Source of the DNA: Octopus sinensis
Lineage: Eukaryota
Assembly: GCF_006345805.1 (NCBI RefSeq)
Contig: NC_043022.1
Span: forward strand, 7,750,001 to 7,814,000
Reading direction: 5' to 3'
DNA: 64,000 nucleotides
The first letter of the stretch is position 1. Each line of letters starts with the position of its first letter. Under the pieces are notes generated by a model. That model was not told where the DNA came from. It ran no database searches and worked only from the letters and a program-made list of their open reading frames with translations. Position numbers and translations under genes: made by a program. Positions 12,184-24,800 of this stretch are shown piece by piece.

Positions 12184-12345
12184 ACGGGCTTCTTTCAGTT
12201 TCCGTCCACCAAATCAACTCACAAGGCTTTGGTCGCCCCGAGGCAATAGTAGAAGATATTTGCTCAAGTTACCACGCAGTGGGACTGAACCCGCAACCAT
12301 GTGGTTGGGAAGCAAACTTCTTACCACACACACAGCCACGCCTCT
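11766..12345 (-). mobile_element. SINE family A, near full length with internal (TA)n
   Basis: Reverse complement of the 31624-32040 type. Confidence 0.85.
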
Positions 12346-12461
12346 GCGTGCAATATTTCCTCATTTCTCCCGTCACCACCCAATTCAGATGCCTTTTGGA
12401 TGCACCAAACCTCTCCTTCCTATATCTAAACAATATTGAGAGAGGATTTTAATTGTTTTAA

Positions 12462-12848
12462 TGGTTGGCATCCTTTTTGTCTCGGGAGACGATGGAGTTG
12501 CGCATAAAGTAGTCTAGTCCGGCTTTTACATTTCATGTCCTAATACATTTCCTGCTGTGGCTGTGTAGTCCTATCCTGGACAAACACTCCCTCTGGCAGG
12601 TACCGCAAATGTAGCGAAGACTGTTCCTGGCTGGTTGTAATGCCATAGTTGTTCGTTGACGTCTTTTCTTGTCTTTCCATTTCTCCCCCCTCTCTCTCTC
12701 TCTCTCTGTCACTCCTTTGTATTCCCTCTCTTACGGTACGTCGCCAGTCTCCACGGTTGCCGGCAACTGCCTCCCAACCGCTAATATTGATGTTGCAGGC
12801 CTTCATGTCCCTTTTGCAAACATCCTTGTAACGTAAGAGCGGTCTACG
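12462..12848 (-). mobile_element. RTE (BovB-like) LINE 3' end
   Basis: RPLLRYKDVCKRDMKACNINISGWEAVAGNRGDWRRTVREGI..., terminal C..CQRECLSRIGLHSHSRKC motif, then 3'UTR CCATCGTCTCCCGAGACAAAAAGGATGCCA. Confidence 0.88.
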
Positions 12849-13169
12849 CTACAATTGTTTTAATACTCGACGCCTATTAACAAAGATAATCAGAGGACAG
12901 CTTGTTCTGTTGGCTATTTCTGTAATACAATTTTACTGTTGTTCAACATAATTCAGTTCTATTTGAACTATACTAACCAATGGGTCTTTATTACAGAATT
13001 GTAAGATGGAAGTTGGTTGCTTCCTGGAACAAGTTTATTGACCCTGTAAAAGGTCTTTAGTTATCTGACGTACCGTGTTTTGTAAATTATAATAACGTAT
13101 TTAACGAAGGAATAATGTAGGATATTAACAGTCAACCACATTGCAGAATGTACAGGGTGTTAGCTTTAG

Positions 13170-13345
13170 TTTATTTTCAGCTGCCAGAAGTAAAGCGTTC
13201 TACTATGTGCTGGGAAGGTGTTCTATCGTCGGGTGCTGAGGCTTGGCTGACTATATAGTTTTGAGATACAAGCTTTCCGCCCTGCTCTTATTTTCTTCGA
13301 GCTTTCAGCGTCTCTGTCTCGGCCTTGTTCCATGTGTGTCCCAAG
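13170..13345 (-). mobile_element. Highly decayed RTE-like RT C-terminal fragment
   Basis: VRVLGTHMEQGRDRDAESSKKIRAGRKACI resembles YLG...EI.RRI.AGW; weak. Confidence 0.35.
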
Positions 13346-13859
13346 TACACGTACTACTTTACCGCGCCGACTTCATCGCTTCCCACCTCTAATCAGCCTT
13401 GTACCACGTTTTCTGAGGACGATTTAGTTAAACGATTTGGGTCGAGATGGAAAAGAAGGGCACAATCAAGAAACACTAGGAAACGCATTGTGAAAAGCGG
13501 TGTATAACAACATCCAGTAGTCCGATCGATGCAGTAATGCAGTGATAAAGGTTTGTTTGTCCATTTATTTGGTATGTCGAATACCAATAAACTGATAGTC
13601 TACCGACACAACAGCCGAATTTCTGCAGTTCTGTTTTCTGTTGCGTTTTTTCTGCTCTGACACCGTATCATTTTCTTCTATGTGGCTTCATCTTTTATCC
13701 ACCTTCATTCATTTCAAATGAATATCTTTGGTGGCACAATGATCTTTCAAGTACACATCGAAGCCCTAAATATATGATATCATATACATAGTGTTCGTTC
13801 GGTGACACTTAGCCGGAGTAATTTGACTTTTTCGTGAATATCGACAATAATTTTAATTT

Positions 13860-14030
13860 TGGCCGCAAGGGTATGCAACGAAAGAAAATGTTTAGAGACA
13901 TTTTTCTGGCTTTATGTTCTGAGTACAAATTCCACCGGCCTCGATGAAATAAGTACCAGTTGAACACTGGGGTCGATGTAATCGGCTAAACCCTCTCCTA
14001 AAAAGTGCCGACCCTGTGCTAAATCAGAAA
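13860..14030 (+). mobile_element. SINE family B fragment
   Basis: TTCTGAGTACAAATTCCACCGG...AAATAAGTACCAGTTGAACACTGGGGTCGATGTAATC. Confidence 0.7.
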
Positions 14031-15127
14031 GTATGTTTTTGTATCTTCTGATAGACAACGGTCAGATCTTAGGGATCAAAAGTGATACACTTATGCCAAT
14101 AATCTGTTATAGGATTTGCGACCGGAGAATTTCTTTTTGATAGGTTTTATACAGCTAGTATCCTACCCTTTATTCTCGTTTGCCCTTGTTCAACATGTGT
14201 GCAGTAACCCTCCTCTAATTCTATCATCCATTCAACTTGTTTGCTAAGCTTTGTTTGTCATTTCTTCCCTTTAAAGACTTCCAGTAGCTTTCATCTTGTT
14301 CTTCTGATGTCATATCTTTTACAGTAATCGGGCTTTTTATGCTAAAGCTACGACAAGCTGATTTAGCTCTGTTTGCCAAACACCCTATTCAGCGGTTTTG
14401 CTTTATACAACACATCGTTGATTTACATTTTCTTAACCTTTCTGATGAGATGAGGCTTCTGATGTTTCAGCTCTATAATTTATAGCTTATAAATGCGAGT
14501 CTCCAAACTATTTTCTAACGTTTTTTCTTCTTATATTATGTTTACTGGACATTTTAACTGTGATACACTCCATAACAATGGGAATCCGTTCAATGCCTTT
14601 TCACAGCGTTAAGACTTTGATTTTCGAGTTTCTACAAACCTACTCTGTCTCAATTTGTCTTCCTGTATTCAACATCTTTTACTTCAGTTATTTCAAAAGA
14701 GTTAATAACACAATTACTGGCAGGTGTACAAGGAATATAAGGGCCTCCTCTCAGGTAATTTCCTGTTATTTCTTTGATTAAATCCAGTTCTAGTTGAGAA
14801 GGCTCTTTTCGTATGTCGGTATTAAATGTCTATTTTCCTTTATTTTCAAGTCCGTATGTTGTACTCACGCCAATGTATCATTCTAGTATCACTCCTCAGA
14901 TCTTGAAATAATTGTCGCATTTATTTGTTTGTGGTTCGTTCAAGCATGACTTGAGCTTCGCACGAATCACCGTTGGACTCTCTCTCTCTCTCACCTTTCT
15001 GGATACCGACGGTGGGGTCTGGTGATGATTGTACGACGTATCGATATTTGGTGTGACGCAAGTATCGTTCGAACATTCAAGGACATCACTTCGCGATCAA
15101 GATGCCTCGAGATCGATCCTTCGACAA

Positions 15128-15282
15128 CTTTTTTATACATTATTTACATTATTTGCATTCGATGGATATTTGTCCTCATCTTATTTTCTGTTAACACGTT
15201 TCAGCTGATATACCCTCCAGCCTTCTTCAGGTGTCTTGCGGAAATTTCGAACCTGGTTCTCATTCCTAAGGTATTTTTTCGA

Positions 15283-15314
<32 letters not shown>

Positions 15315-15620
15315 GTGTTCAGGTCACTGCTTGGAATCGAACTCGGAATCTTGGGGTTAGTAGCCCGTGCTCTTAACCACTACGCCATATGCCAAGATTC
15401 CGATTTCGATTCCAAGCAGTGACCTGAACACTAATAATAATAATAATATCGAAAAACTACCTTAGGAATGAGAACCCAGGTTCGAAATTTATGCAAGACA
15501 CTTGAAGAGGGCTGAAGGGTATATAAGCTGAAACGTTGTGTTAACAACAAACAAGATAAGGACAAATATCCGTCGAATGTAAATAATGTACAGAAATTCT
15601 CATCTCTTAAATATAGAACT
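15128..15620. mobile_element. Head-to-head inverted pair of family E elements
   Basis: Minus 15393-15128 (head, (AAT)n, tail) and plus 15392-15620 (partial head, (AAT)n, tail); A box TGGCGTAGTGG, B box AGTTCGATTCC; both HHRs carry mutations. Confidence 0.85.
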
Positions 15621-15750
15621 GAACCTTTTTATACTTTGACTTTAAACACCCAAGATTATCATGAAAATTGAGTTCACCGAAAATGTACAAACGACCGTCG
15701 GTTGATCTAGACGTATAGTTCAAGGGGTGAGTGTTGTCGCACATATATGG

Positions 15751-15801
<51 letters not shown>

Positions 15802-16408
15802 TCAGTTTACGTAAGGATTATATTATACTTTTTACACCAATTTTACACCGATGAACCTTCATAAACATTTGATGTTTGAAAATTCTTATTACGTTTTTAT
15901 GATTAAATTATATTAGGAACTGTACAAAAAATTGTTAGGGTATCTTGTGTATTGTGGGCGTAAAACCAACTTTATTTTACATAAATTTAAACAAAACAAA
16001 ATTTTACATGGAACCCTAGGGTCACACTGACCCTACTGGAGAACTAGTGGTCTACACGAGGGAATGTACCAGCAACATTAATTATTTAATTCTAGCTTGA
16101 TCAAGGGATCCACGCTCAAGCAAATATTACATATTATGTTTCCATACTTACTGGGAATTGAGTGACTGAGGTAGTCTTCGCAGCTGACGAAACACAATGA
16201 AGCAGAAAAATACGCGTCTTAAGATCTAATGGTGTCCTTCACAGCACAAAACAAAATATGTATTTACGCACGTCTAGGTAGAAAAGTTTCTCGCGGGACT
16301 ATTCTTGCAGCGATAGTTCTTATCATGTCCGAGGGTGTTAAACATGAATTTACACGAGTCTGTTTCTTTCAAAGCTGTTTCGTGCGATATTAATTATGAT
16401 GCTAGTCA

Positions 16409-16890
16409 AGGCGGCGAGCTGGCAGAATCATTAGCACACCGGGCGAAATGTTCTATGGTATTTCGTCCGTCTTTACGTTCTGAGTTCAAATTCCACCGAG
16501 GTCGATTTTGCCTTTCATCCTTTTGGGGTCGATGAAATAAGTACCACTTACGCAGTGGAGTTGATGTAGTCGACTAGTCACCCCACAAAAAAACAAAAAC
16601 AAAAAATTCAGGTCTTGTGCTAGTCAAAGCAACGAGCTGGCAGAATCAAATTTTGCCCATTAGCACACTGGACAAAATGCTTAGCGGTATTTCGTCTGTC
16701 TTTACGTTCTGAGTTCAAATTCCGCCGAGGTCGACTTTGCCTTTCAACCTTTCGCGGTCGATTAAATAAGTACCTGTTACGCACTGGGCATAATCCGTTT
16801 GTCTGTCCTTGTTTATCGTCTCTGTGTTTAGCCCCTTGTGGGTAGTAAAGAAATAGGTATTTCGTCTGTCTTTACGTTCTGAGTTCAAAT
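16409..16890 (+). mobile_element. SINE family B, tandem/compound copies
   Basis: GGCGGCGAGCTGGCAGAATC heads at about 16410 and 16630; head-less restart at about 16857. Confidence 0.85.
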
Positions 16891-17069
16891 TCCAGTCAGG
16901 AAAAGTCGGTGTGAATATACAAATCGGTTGTTCATTTATATAAAACAGTTGGGGTTTTTTTTTGGGGGGGGGGGTTTAGAAGAGAACATTGGTTTGTTTT
17001 TGAGGGGGGGGAGTGAGGTTCCATGACAATGGAGATGAATAGATAGAAATATAGATTGGTAGATAGGCT

Positions 17070-17134
<65 letters not shown>

Positions 17135-17293
17135 GTAGGTAGGTAGGTAGGTAGGTAGGTAGGTAGGTAGGTAGGTAGGTAGATAGACAGATAGGTAGAG
17201 GGAGGGAGAGACAGAAGGGTGTCTCCCTTCCTATTCACCATTCTATACATCACACCTAACACTCTCACCCCCTCTCTCTCTGTATATATATAG

Positions 17294-17452
17294 AGGCGCA
17301 ATGGCCTAGTGGTTAGGGCAGCGGACTCGCGGTCGCAGGATCGAGGTTTCGATTCTCAGACTGGGCGTTGTGGTGTGTTTATTGAGCGAAAACACCTAAA
17401 AGCTCTACGAGGCTCTGGCAGGGGGTGGTGATCCCTGCTACTCTTTCACCAC
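17294..17452 (+). mobile_element. SINE family C (5' part)
   Basis: A box TGGCCTAGTGG, B-box-like GGTTTCGATTCTC. Confidence 0.8.
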
Positions 17453-18344
17453 AATGGCGGTGCCCCAGCATGGCCACAGCTCAAGAGCTGAAACTGGAAA
17501 AACAAAAAAACAAAAAACATATATATATATATATATATGCGGGCATATGTGTGTGTGTGTGCATATGTTTGGAAACATATAAACACACATTTGTACGCAC
17601 GCGCACATACATATATTCACTCCCGCGCACGTACGCGCACACATTCACATATAATTACAATAGACGCACACACACATACACACGTACAAACACCCACTAA
17701 TTCACATACACACCGACACCTATACATACACACAACATATACCTCCACGCGCACGCACACATACACATACGTACACACATATAAGCACAGACACACAGAC
17801 ATTCGCACACTCGCACACAATCATACATACGTATATATACACACACACGCACGTACAAGCACACACGCACACATACACTAAGTCTAAGCACAGTTACTCG
17901 CCATACACACAAAAAAACGCACACGTACACACGCACATTCTACAACAAAGCACACACACGATACATATACACGCACACACACATACCTCCCTGCTGCTGA
18001 CCGCCTCTGACTTGCTAGGGTACCCCCACCCACTCCTTAATTCCCTACTGCTTGCTACCAGCCATCATCCACCATTCCGCCACTGCTGCTAGTAGCCTCG
18101 TCCACCATACACACACATACACACACACACACGCACACACTCACACACACACACACTCACACACACACCCTTGTCATCTCGCACACCTTTTTTACCATTC
18201 ATTCTCTGACCCGCTCTTTTGTTTTTAAAAAACACTTTTCCTTCCTTTTGACCACTTCCGTCCTTTTAGTATGTGACCTCGTGTAGACTACCTGCAATTT
18301 TTTTTCCTCTGTCCTTCCCATCTCGGGATGTTTCTTTCTCCTAT

Positions 18345-18379
18345 GTTTCCGACGAAGAGCTCCGCTCGAAACGTCAAGC
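18345..18379 (+). ncRNA. Minimal type I HHR motif (CUGACGA family; U4C in this copy)
   Basis: GUUU-CCGACGA-A-GAGC-UCC-GCUC-GAAA-CG-UC-AAGC inside a repeat (about 18290-18480) related to 6335-6490 and 50070-50275. Confidence 0.55.
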
Positions 18380-18484
18380 CCTCCTTCTTCCCTTCTTTCC
18401 TGAGCGTCCAATAATACTATATTTGTTCCACATCCTTGCGTTGTTGTTTTTTGTTTTCTTGTTTCGATTAACTTTATATATATA

Positions 18485-18990
18485 CTAGCAGTATCGCCCG
18501 GCGTTGCTCGGGTTTGTAAGGGAAATAACTATATAAGCATTTTTAGAGAGTTACTTCCCTTATATTCGGGCTTTCTTAGCCATTTCTGTTTTGGTGACTT
18601 CAAGCCATGAAGTTTTTCTAAAAGAACGCTGGTCTCCTTGACAACGCATTACGACGTTGATTTCTTTACACTCCCTTCCCCACAGCTTCACGAAGGAGGG
18701 AAGAAGGGGGAGAAGCAAACACAGGTGCAGGTGTTTGAGCGTGGACGCCAACTCCGCCGCCATCGACACACGAAAAATTATGCATTAAAATGGAATAAGA
18801 AATGATGTTAAATTATTTTTAAAATCGTAGACTCATCGTAGACGCGCGCTAATAGCCAGACGGGCTCGAAATTAATCACGACTATAAGATACCCGAATTT
18901 GGTTAAACTGCACTGCAAAATGTGGGAAGAGTTAGGAATCTAAATCGAAGGGGACAGACACTCACACAACTACAGTTTTATATATATAGA
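18485..18990 (-). mobile_element. Non-autonomous Helitron, copy 2
   Basis: A|TC start at 18990, hairpin, CTAG|T end at 18485. Confidence 0.85.
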
Positions 18991-18991
18991 T

Positions 18992-19026
<35 letters not shown>

Positions 19027-19150
19027 TAATATTATTTATAATATTATCTAATTGAACGCCATGCGTCCATTTCCACGTAAGTATATATATATATATCTAT
19101 CACTATCCCTCTCTCTCTCTCTCTCCTCTCTCTCTCCTCTCTCTCTCTCT

Positions 19151-19200
<50 letters not shown>

Positions 19201-19274
19201 GTGTATAGGTTTGGTGAGTATCGGCACTTTAGACACTCTAACTTCTGAATATATAAATAATTAGATAGATAGAC

Positions 19275-19341
<67 letters not shown>

Positions 19342-19611
19342 CAGACAGAGAAATATATAATACATATATATGTATTTTTATGAAATATGTACATATGTGT
19401 GTATATATGAATATATATGTGTATATGTTTGTATGATGGATATATGAATCTGTAAATGAATCAATGGGTTTCGTTGTTTATAGAAGTGCATGCACTTAAC
19501 AAAATATATTAGTTTGTGAGTGTGTAACTGCCTCTTTTTCTGTCTGTTTATGTGTGTGCACCTGGTATGCGTGCATAAGCTTTTCTCTAGACGTGTGTAT
19601 GCTGTCTGAAA

Positions 19612-19880
19612 GACATACTCACACACATGCACAAACACTGACGCACACACATACAGAACACATGCACACATACACACACAGATCCACACATACACACACA
19701 CTGACGCACACACATACATACACGCACACAGACGCATACATACACACACACACACAAAGACGCGCGCCCACACACACAGACGTGCACGCAAGCCCACACG
19801 GACGCATACATACACGCACACACAGATCCACACAACACATTGACACACAGACGCACACACATACACACACACACACGCAT

Positions 19881-19911
<31 letters not shown>

Positions 19912-21630
19912 GACGCGCGCCCACACACACAGACGTGCACGCAAGCCCACACGGACGCATACATACACGCGCACACACAGATCCACACACACATTGACAC
20001 ACAGACGCACACACATACACACACACACACGCATTGACGCACATACATACATACACGCATAAACACACACAAAGACGCATACATACACGCACACAGGTGC
20101 ACACATGCACACATACAGTATGTCTGAAAAGGCCTAAATTGTTCTGTCTAGATATGTGTGTGTATAGATAGGGGTGTGTATAGATAGGGGTGTGTATAGA
20201 TAGGGGTGTGTATATGTTTCTTTATTAGCCACACAGGGCTGCACACAGATAGAACAAATTACAAGGTAGAGCTTTTCTTTTGAAGGTATTAAAAAAAAAA
20301 AAAAAAAAAAAGGAAGGGGGAGGTTCGATCAAAAGGGATCGTAAAAGGAGAGAAAGAGGACAAAAATAAGGGGGGTTAAAAAAAAAAAATTTAAAAAAAG
20401 GGGGGGGAGAGGAAAAAAAATGATCAATAGGGATCGTTATCACAGAAATGTCAATATGAAGTGTAAAGGGGAGGACAGGTGAGGTTTACCCGTGGAAAGA
20501 AAAGCCTGCGGAAAAGACCACGGTAACCTCGGTCAATGAAGTCAGGGGTGTGTATAGATAGGGGTGTGTTTGTGTTGTGTCTATGAATGCATGTGCCCGT
20601 AGCTTTGTGTTTGTTCCTACGTATGAGGGTGTGTGAACAGGTGTGTATATGTGCATGTGCGCAGCTCTACGTCTGTATATGCGCATTCGCAAAGCAAAGT
20701 GTGTGCTGGTTGTACATCAAGTGTCTACGCGCGCGTGTGTGCAGGTGCGCGTTGGTCTATGTATGCGTTTGTGCATTTACGTAGAAATTATATGTGCGTT
20801 TGTGTGCGTGCACCAGCGCATGTGCGCGCCTGTTTGTGTGTATGTATGCATGTGTGTGGGTGTGGGTGTGTTTATGCGTGTAAGTATGTGTGCATGTGCA
20901 TGTGTGTGTATGCGTGCGCGTCTGTGTGTATGCGCGCGTCGTTGTGTGTGTGTGTATATGTGTGTTTGTTGTGTGTATGTGTGTGTCTCTGTACCTGTAT
21001 GTGTGCATGTGCGCACCTGTGTGCGTGTATGTATGCGGCTTTGTGTGTGTTTATGCGTGTATGTATGTATGTGCGTTAATGCGTGTGTATGTGTGTGCAT
21101 GTGTGTGCGTCTGTGTGTCAATGTGTGTGTGGATCTGTGTGTGCGCGTGTATGTATGCGTCCGTGTGGGCTTGCGTGCACGTCTGTGTGTGTGGGCGCGC
21201 ATCTTTGTGTGTGTGTGTGTGTATGTATGCGTCTGTGTGCGTGTATGTGTGTATGTATGTGTGTGCGTCTGTGCGTCAGTGTGTGTGTATGTGTGGATCT
21301 GTGTGCGTCTGTGTGTGTATGTGTGCATGCGTTATGTATGTGTGTGCGTCTGTGCGTCAGTGTGTGTGTATGTGTGGATCTGTGTGCGTCTGTGTGTGTA
21401 TGTGTGCATGCGTTATGTATGTGTGTGCGTCTGTGCGTCAGTGTGTGTGTATGTGTGCATCTGTGTGCGTCTGTGTGTGTATGTGTGCATGCGTTATGTA
21501 TGTGTGTGCGTCTGTGCGTCAGTGTGTGTGTATGTGTGGATCTGTGTGCGTCTGTGTGTGTATGTGTGCATGCGTTATGTATGTGTGTGCGTCTGTGCGT
21601 CAGTGTTTGTGCATGTGTGTGAGTATGTGT
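19612..21630. repeat. Large inverted repeat of complex (GT/CA)-derived sequence
   Basis: Reverse complement of 19612-20118 matches about 20995-21627, including non-dinucleotide words such as GGATCTGTG and GCGTCCGTGTGGGCTTGCGTGCACG. Confidence 0.85.
20220..20545 (-). mobile_element. Probable non-LTR retrotransposon 3'UTR fragment
   Basis: Pyrimidine-rich minus strand ending GTGTGGCTAATAAA; clade not determinable from this window. Confidence 0.3.
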
Positions 21631-22188
21631 GGATGTGTGTGTGCACACGTCTGTTCGTATGTTGCCGCGCGCAGGTCTTTCTGTGTGTGTGCGCGCGCGC
21701 GTGTGTGTATGTGTGTGTGTGGCGACAGCAGTAAGAGGGGAAAGAGGAGAGCGCTGAATACTTAATAGCGCTTGAAAACCTTGCTTCTCAGATCAATTCT
21801 ACCTGCTTAGACAATCAAAGCACCCAACATCAAAGGATTATTGCGCTGTTTTTCCTTCTTTTACTTTTCAATAGAATTTTTTGATTCTGTTTTGCTTTTT
21901 ATTGTTGTTTACAACTTTTATTTTTTGGTTTTTGTTGATTTTTTTGCATGCTTTGTACTTTTACTGATTTCTTTTCTTTTACAGAATTTTTTTTACAGGA
22001 ATTTTTTTCCAATGTTTTCTATTTTTTTTCTACATTTTCTATTAATTTTTGATATATATATTTTTCGTTCTCGATCTTGTTTTTTTCTCTATTCATTGTT
22101 CTTTAATATCTTTTAATATTATTATTTACTATAAATAAACATGATTTTTTTTAGATATATGGAAACAACTATCATTTCCACTGTATTA

Positions 22189-22189
<1 letters not shown>

Positions 22190-22222
<33 letters not shown>

Positions 22223-22402
22223 GTTATTATCATTAATATAATTATCATTATCATTATTAATATTATTATTATTATTATTATTATTATTGTTGTTGTTGTT
22301 TTTATTATTATTAATATTATTAATCTTATCATTATTATTATTATTATTATTATTTTTACTATTATTATCACTATCATCATCATCATCATCATCATCATCA
22401 TC

Positions 22403-22444
<42 letters not shown>

Positions 22445-22445
22445 T
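22190..22445. repeat. (ATT)n/(ATC)n microsatellite
   Basis: Direct reading. Confidence 0.95.
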
Positions 22446-23170
22446 AATTTATTTTCGCTGTCTTCATTATTTAGAATGATTTGAGACATGAAATGGAAAT
22501 TAGCGGCACCAAAACCGGTATTTAGAATTTTTTTTTTTTTGTTTAATATCTTATATTTTTTCTATTTTTGATCTTTTATTTCTTGTTTTTCTCCTTCCGC
22601 TTAGACTTTTTGCTTTGCTTTTGTTTTTTACTTATTTTTTCATAATTTAAAAAAAATATATTTTGCAAACTCAACTCCCTCCTCACTAATTTCTTGTTTA
22701 TTGTTCTTTTCTTCACCTTCTTATTTGTTTGTTAACTTGTGGCGGCGGCGGTGGTGGTGGTGGTGGTGCTGGTGGTGGTGGTGGTGGTAGTCGTTGTTGC
22801 AGTTTGCTGCAATGTTTTTTCATGAGATTTTCCATGATTGTATAAGGCGACAGAGCGCTTACAAAAGGCTCGAGTAGGACAACTGTTAAACAATGCATCG
22901 AGTGGGATAACGGTCGGGTCACTGGTTTGTACCGTTATGTGTCTAAAGCAAATGAAACGGCAAGGGTGTTTATCACTGAAGAGAATATTTACATGGTCGA
23001 TTCACTTTGCTGGAAATAGCAGCCAAATCTCCCTCAAATTCCCTTCTATTAATATTCACAAAAATAAAAATAAGTGAGGTCATTTACCACAAGGTATATA
23101 GTGTAGATATATATATGTATATAGTGTAGATATATATACTTATATAGTGTATATATATACGTATATAGTG

Positions 23171-23360
23171 TGTCGCCATGATAGATCGGTAGCCCCTACA
23201 CACATTTTTTTTCTCTCCTTGTTTCTGTGTTTCTTTCTGTGGAAGAGCGTAGTCTCGAAACGTAAAAGACTTTTTCAATCCATGGGCGTTATACTAATAC
23301 ATCTGTTTGTTCTCTGCACCACCTCTCTTCGTCTTTTGTTTTTTTCGTGAATTCTCCCTA
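23171..23360 (+). mobile_element. About 190-bp (TA)n-embedded element with HHR-like motif (core CUGUGGA, 23232-23269)
   Basis: Homologous to 27685-27870, 38735-38925 and 63661-63848. Confidence 0.8.
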
Positions 23361-23369
23361 TACACACAC

Positions 23370-23403
<34 letters not shown>

Positions 23404-23420
23404 GTGTGGATAATATATAC

Positions 23421-23467
<47 letters not shown>

Positions 23468-24281
23468 TACATATATATATATAGTGTGTATGTTTTTGTA
23501 GTGTAGATTGCACGAAAAATTTTCAATTGTTAGGAATAATATATTGGATTAAAATTATCCCCTTTTTCTAGATTAACAACCAAATCACTCACTACTTCAA
23601 ATCACACACTACAATCTTTAAAAACTGATTACCTGGTGATATATAGAACTTCGGGACAAAAACGTCCCTTGGAATCCACTAGAAATGGAACCCGATCAAA
23701 ACCGTTATACTCAATATAATCTTTGAATTATTCTGTCTTGAAATTAATTACCTTTTTTAAGCTTCTTAACAGCTGTTTCACACGTCTTGCGTAAGCGCTT
23801 CAATCTTATCTTCTATCAGGACATTCTTTGCAACATCTTGTTCTCTGTTAAAGACCAGAAAATAGACATCTGCTTTTCCCTTTTCTGAATGATTGTTATT
23901 TTGTTACAATTTTTTTTAAATCAAGATATCTTCAATCTACAATTTACCATGTTCATATGTGCGCCTCCACATACAGAGAGATGAATTCCCTAAAAAATAG
24001 ATTAAAAAGGAAAGCCTGTAGTCCTTGAAAACTAATGAGTGTTTGTGTCGGTAGAAAATATAACAGCAAACAGAAGCTGTAAAACAGCTAATCTTGTGTG
24101 GTGCAAGGAATGATAACTTGAGATGTTTCTTGAAAAACAGAATCTTCGTGTCTCGAGGGAGATGTCGAAAGAAGCAATGGTTTTTGAATTACAAATTCAA
24201 ATTAGTTGATGTTTTACTGTGTTATATATAATTTCGATAACATTCTTTGATAATGGTTTCAAATCTAGAATAATCTTTCAT

Positions 24282-24606
24282 ATTTTAATTGTTTGTCATT
24301 GGACTGCGGCCATGCTGGTGCTCGAATAACAAAAACATATTATATTTACAGATAAATTCCTCTATTTACATAATATCGAGGTCTCTTCCATTCTTTTGTT
24401 GTCTTGCCATTTCTATCAATATATACATATATATATATATATATAATATATATATTATATATATATATATAATATATATATATATATGATCACCACCACC
24501 ACCACCATGACCGACCAGGCTATCAGATGATGCTACACATCACTGGTCACAATGCACTTTGCATTGTTTTAGCCTTCAAAGTGACGCCACCCCACTGGCT
24601 AAGCGA

Positions 24607-24641
<35 letters not shown>

Positions 24642-24800
24642 TTGATGGGTTTCTTTCAGGATCCGCCTGCCAAATCCACGCAAAAAGCTTTGGTCAGCCG
24701 GAAGCTATAGTAGGAGACCCAAGGTGCAACACAGTGGGGGCTGAAGCCGGAACCATGTCGTTGGGAAGCAAGCTTCTTACCACACAGCCACGCCTGCGCC
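24282..24800 (-). mobile_element. SINE family A with nested family C tail (about 24495-24608)
   Basis: Homology to other copies. Confidence 0.8.

Noticed and set aside
14050-14900. Possible ancient LINE coding remnant
   Set aside because: No motif could be aligned with confidence; stops in all frames.
16165-16195. CTGAGGTA-GTC...GAC-GAAAC hammerhead-like string
   Set aside because: A9 is missing and no stem I or III forms.
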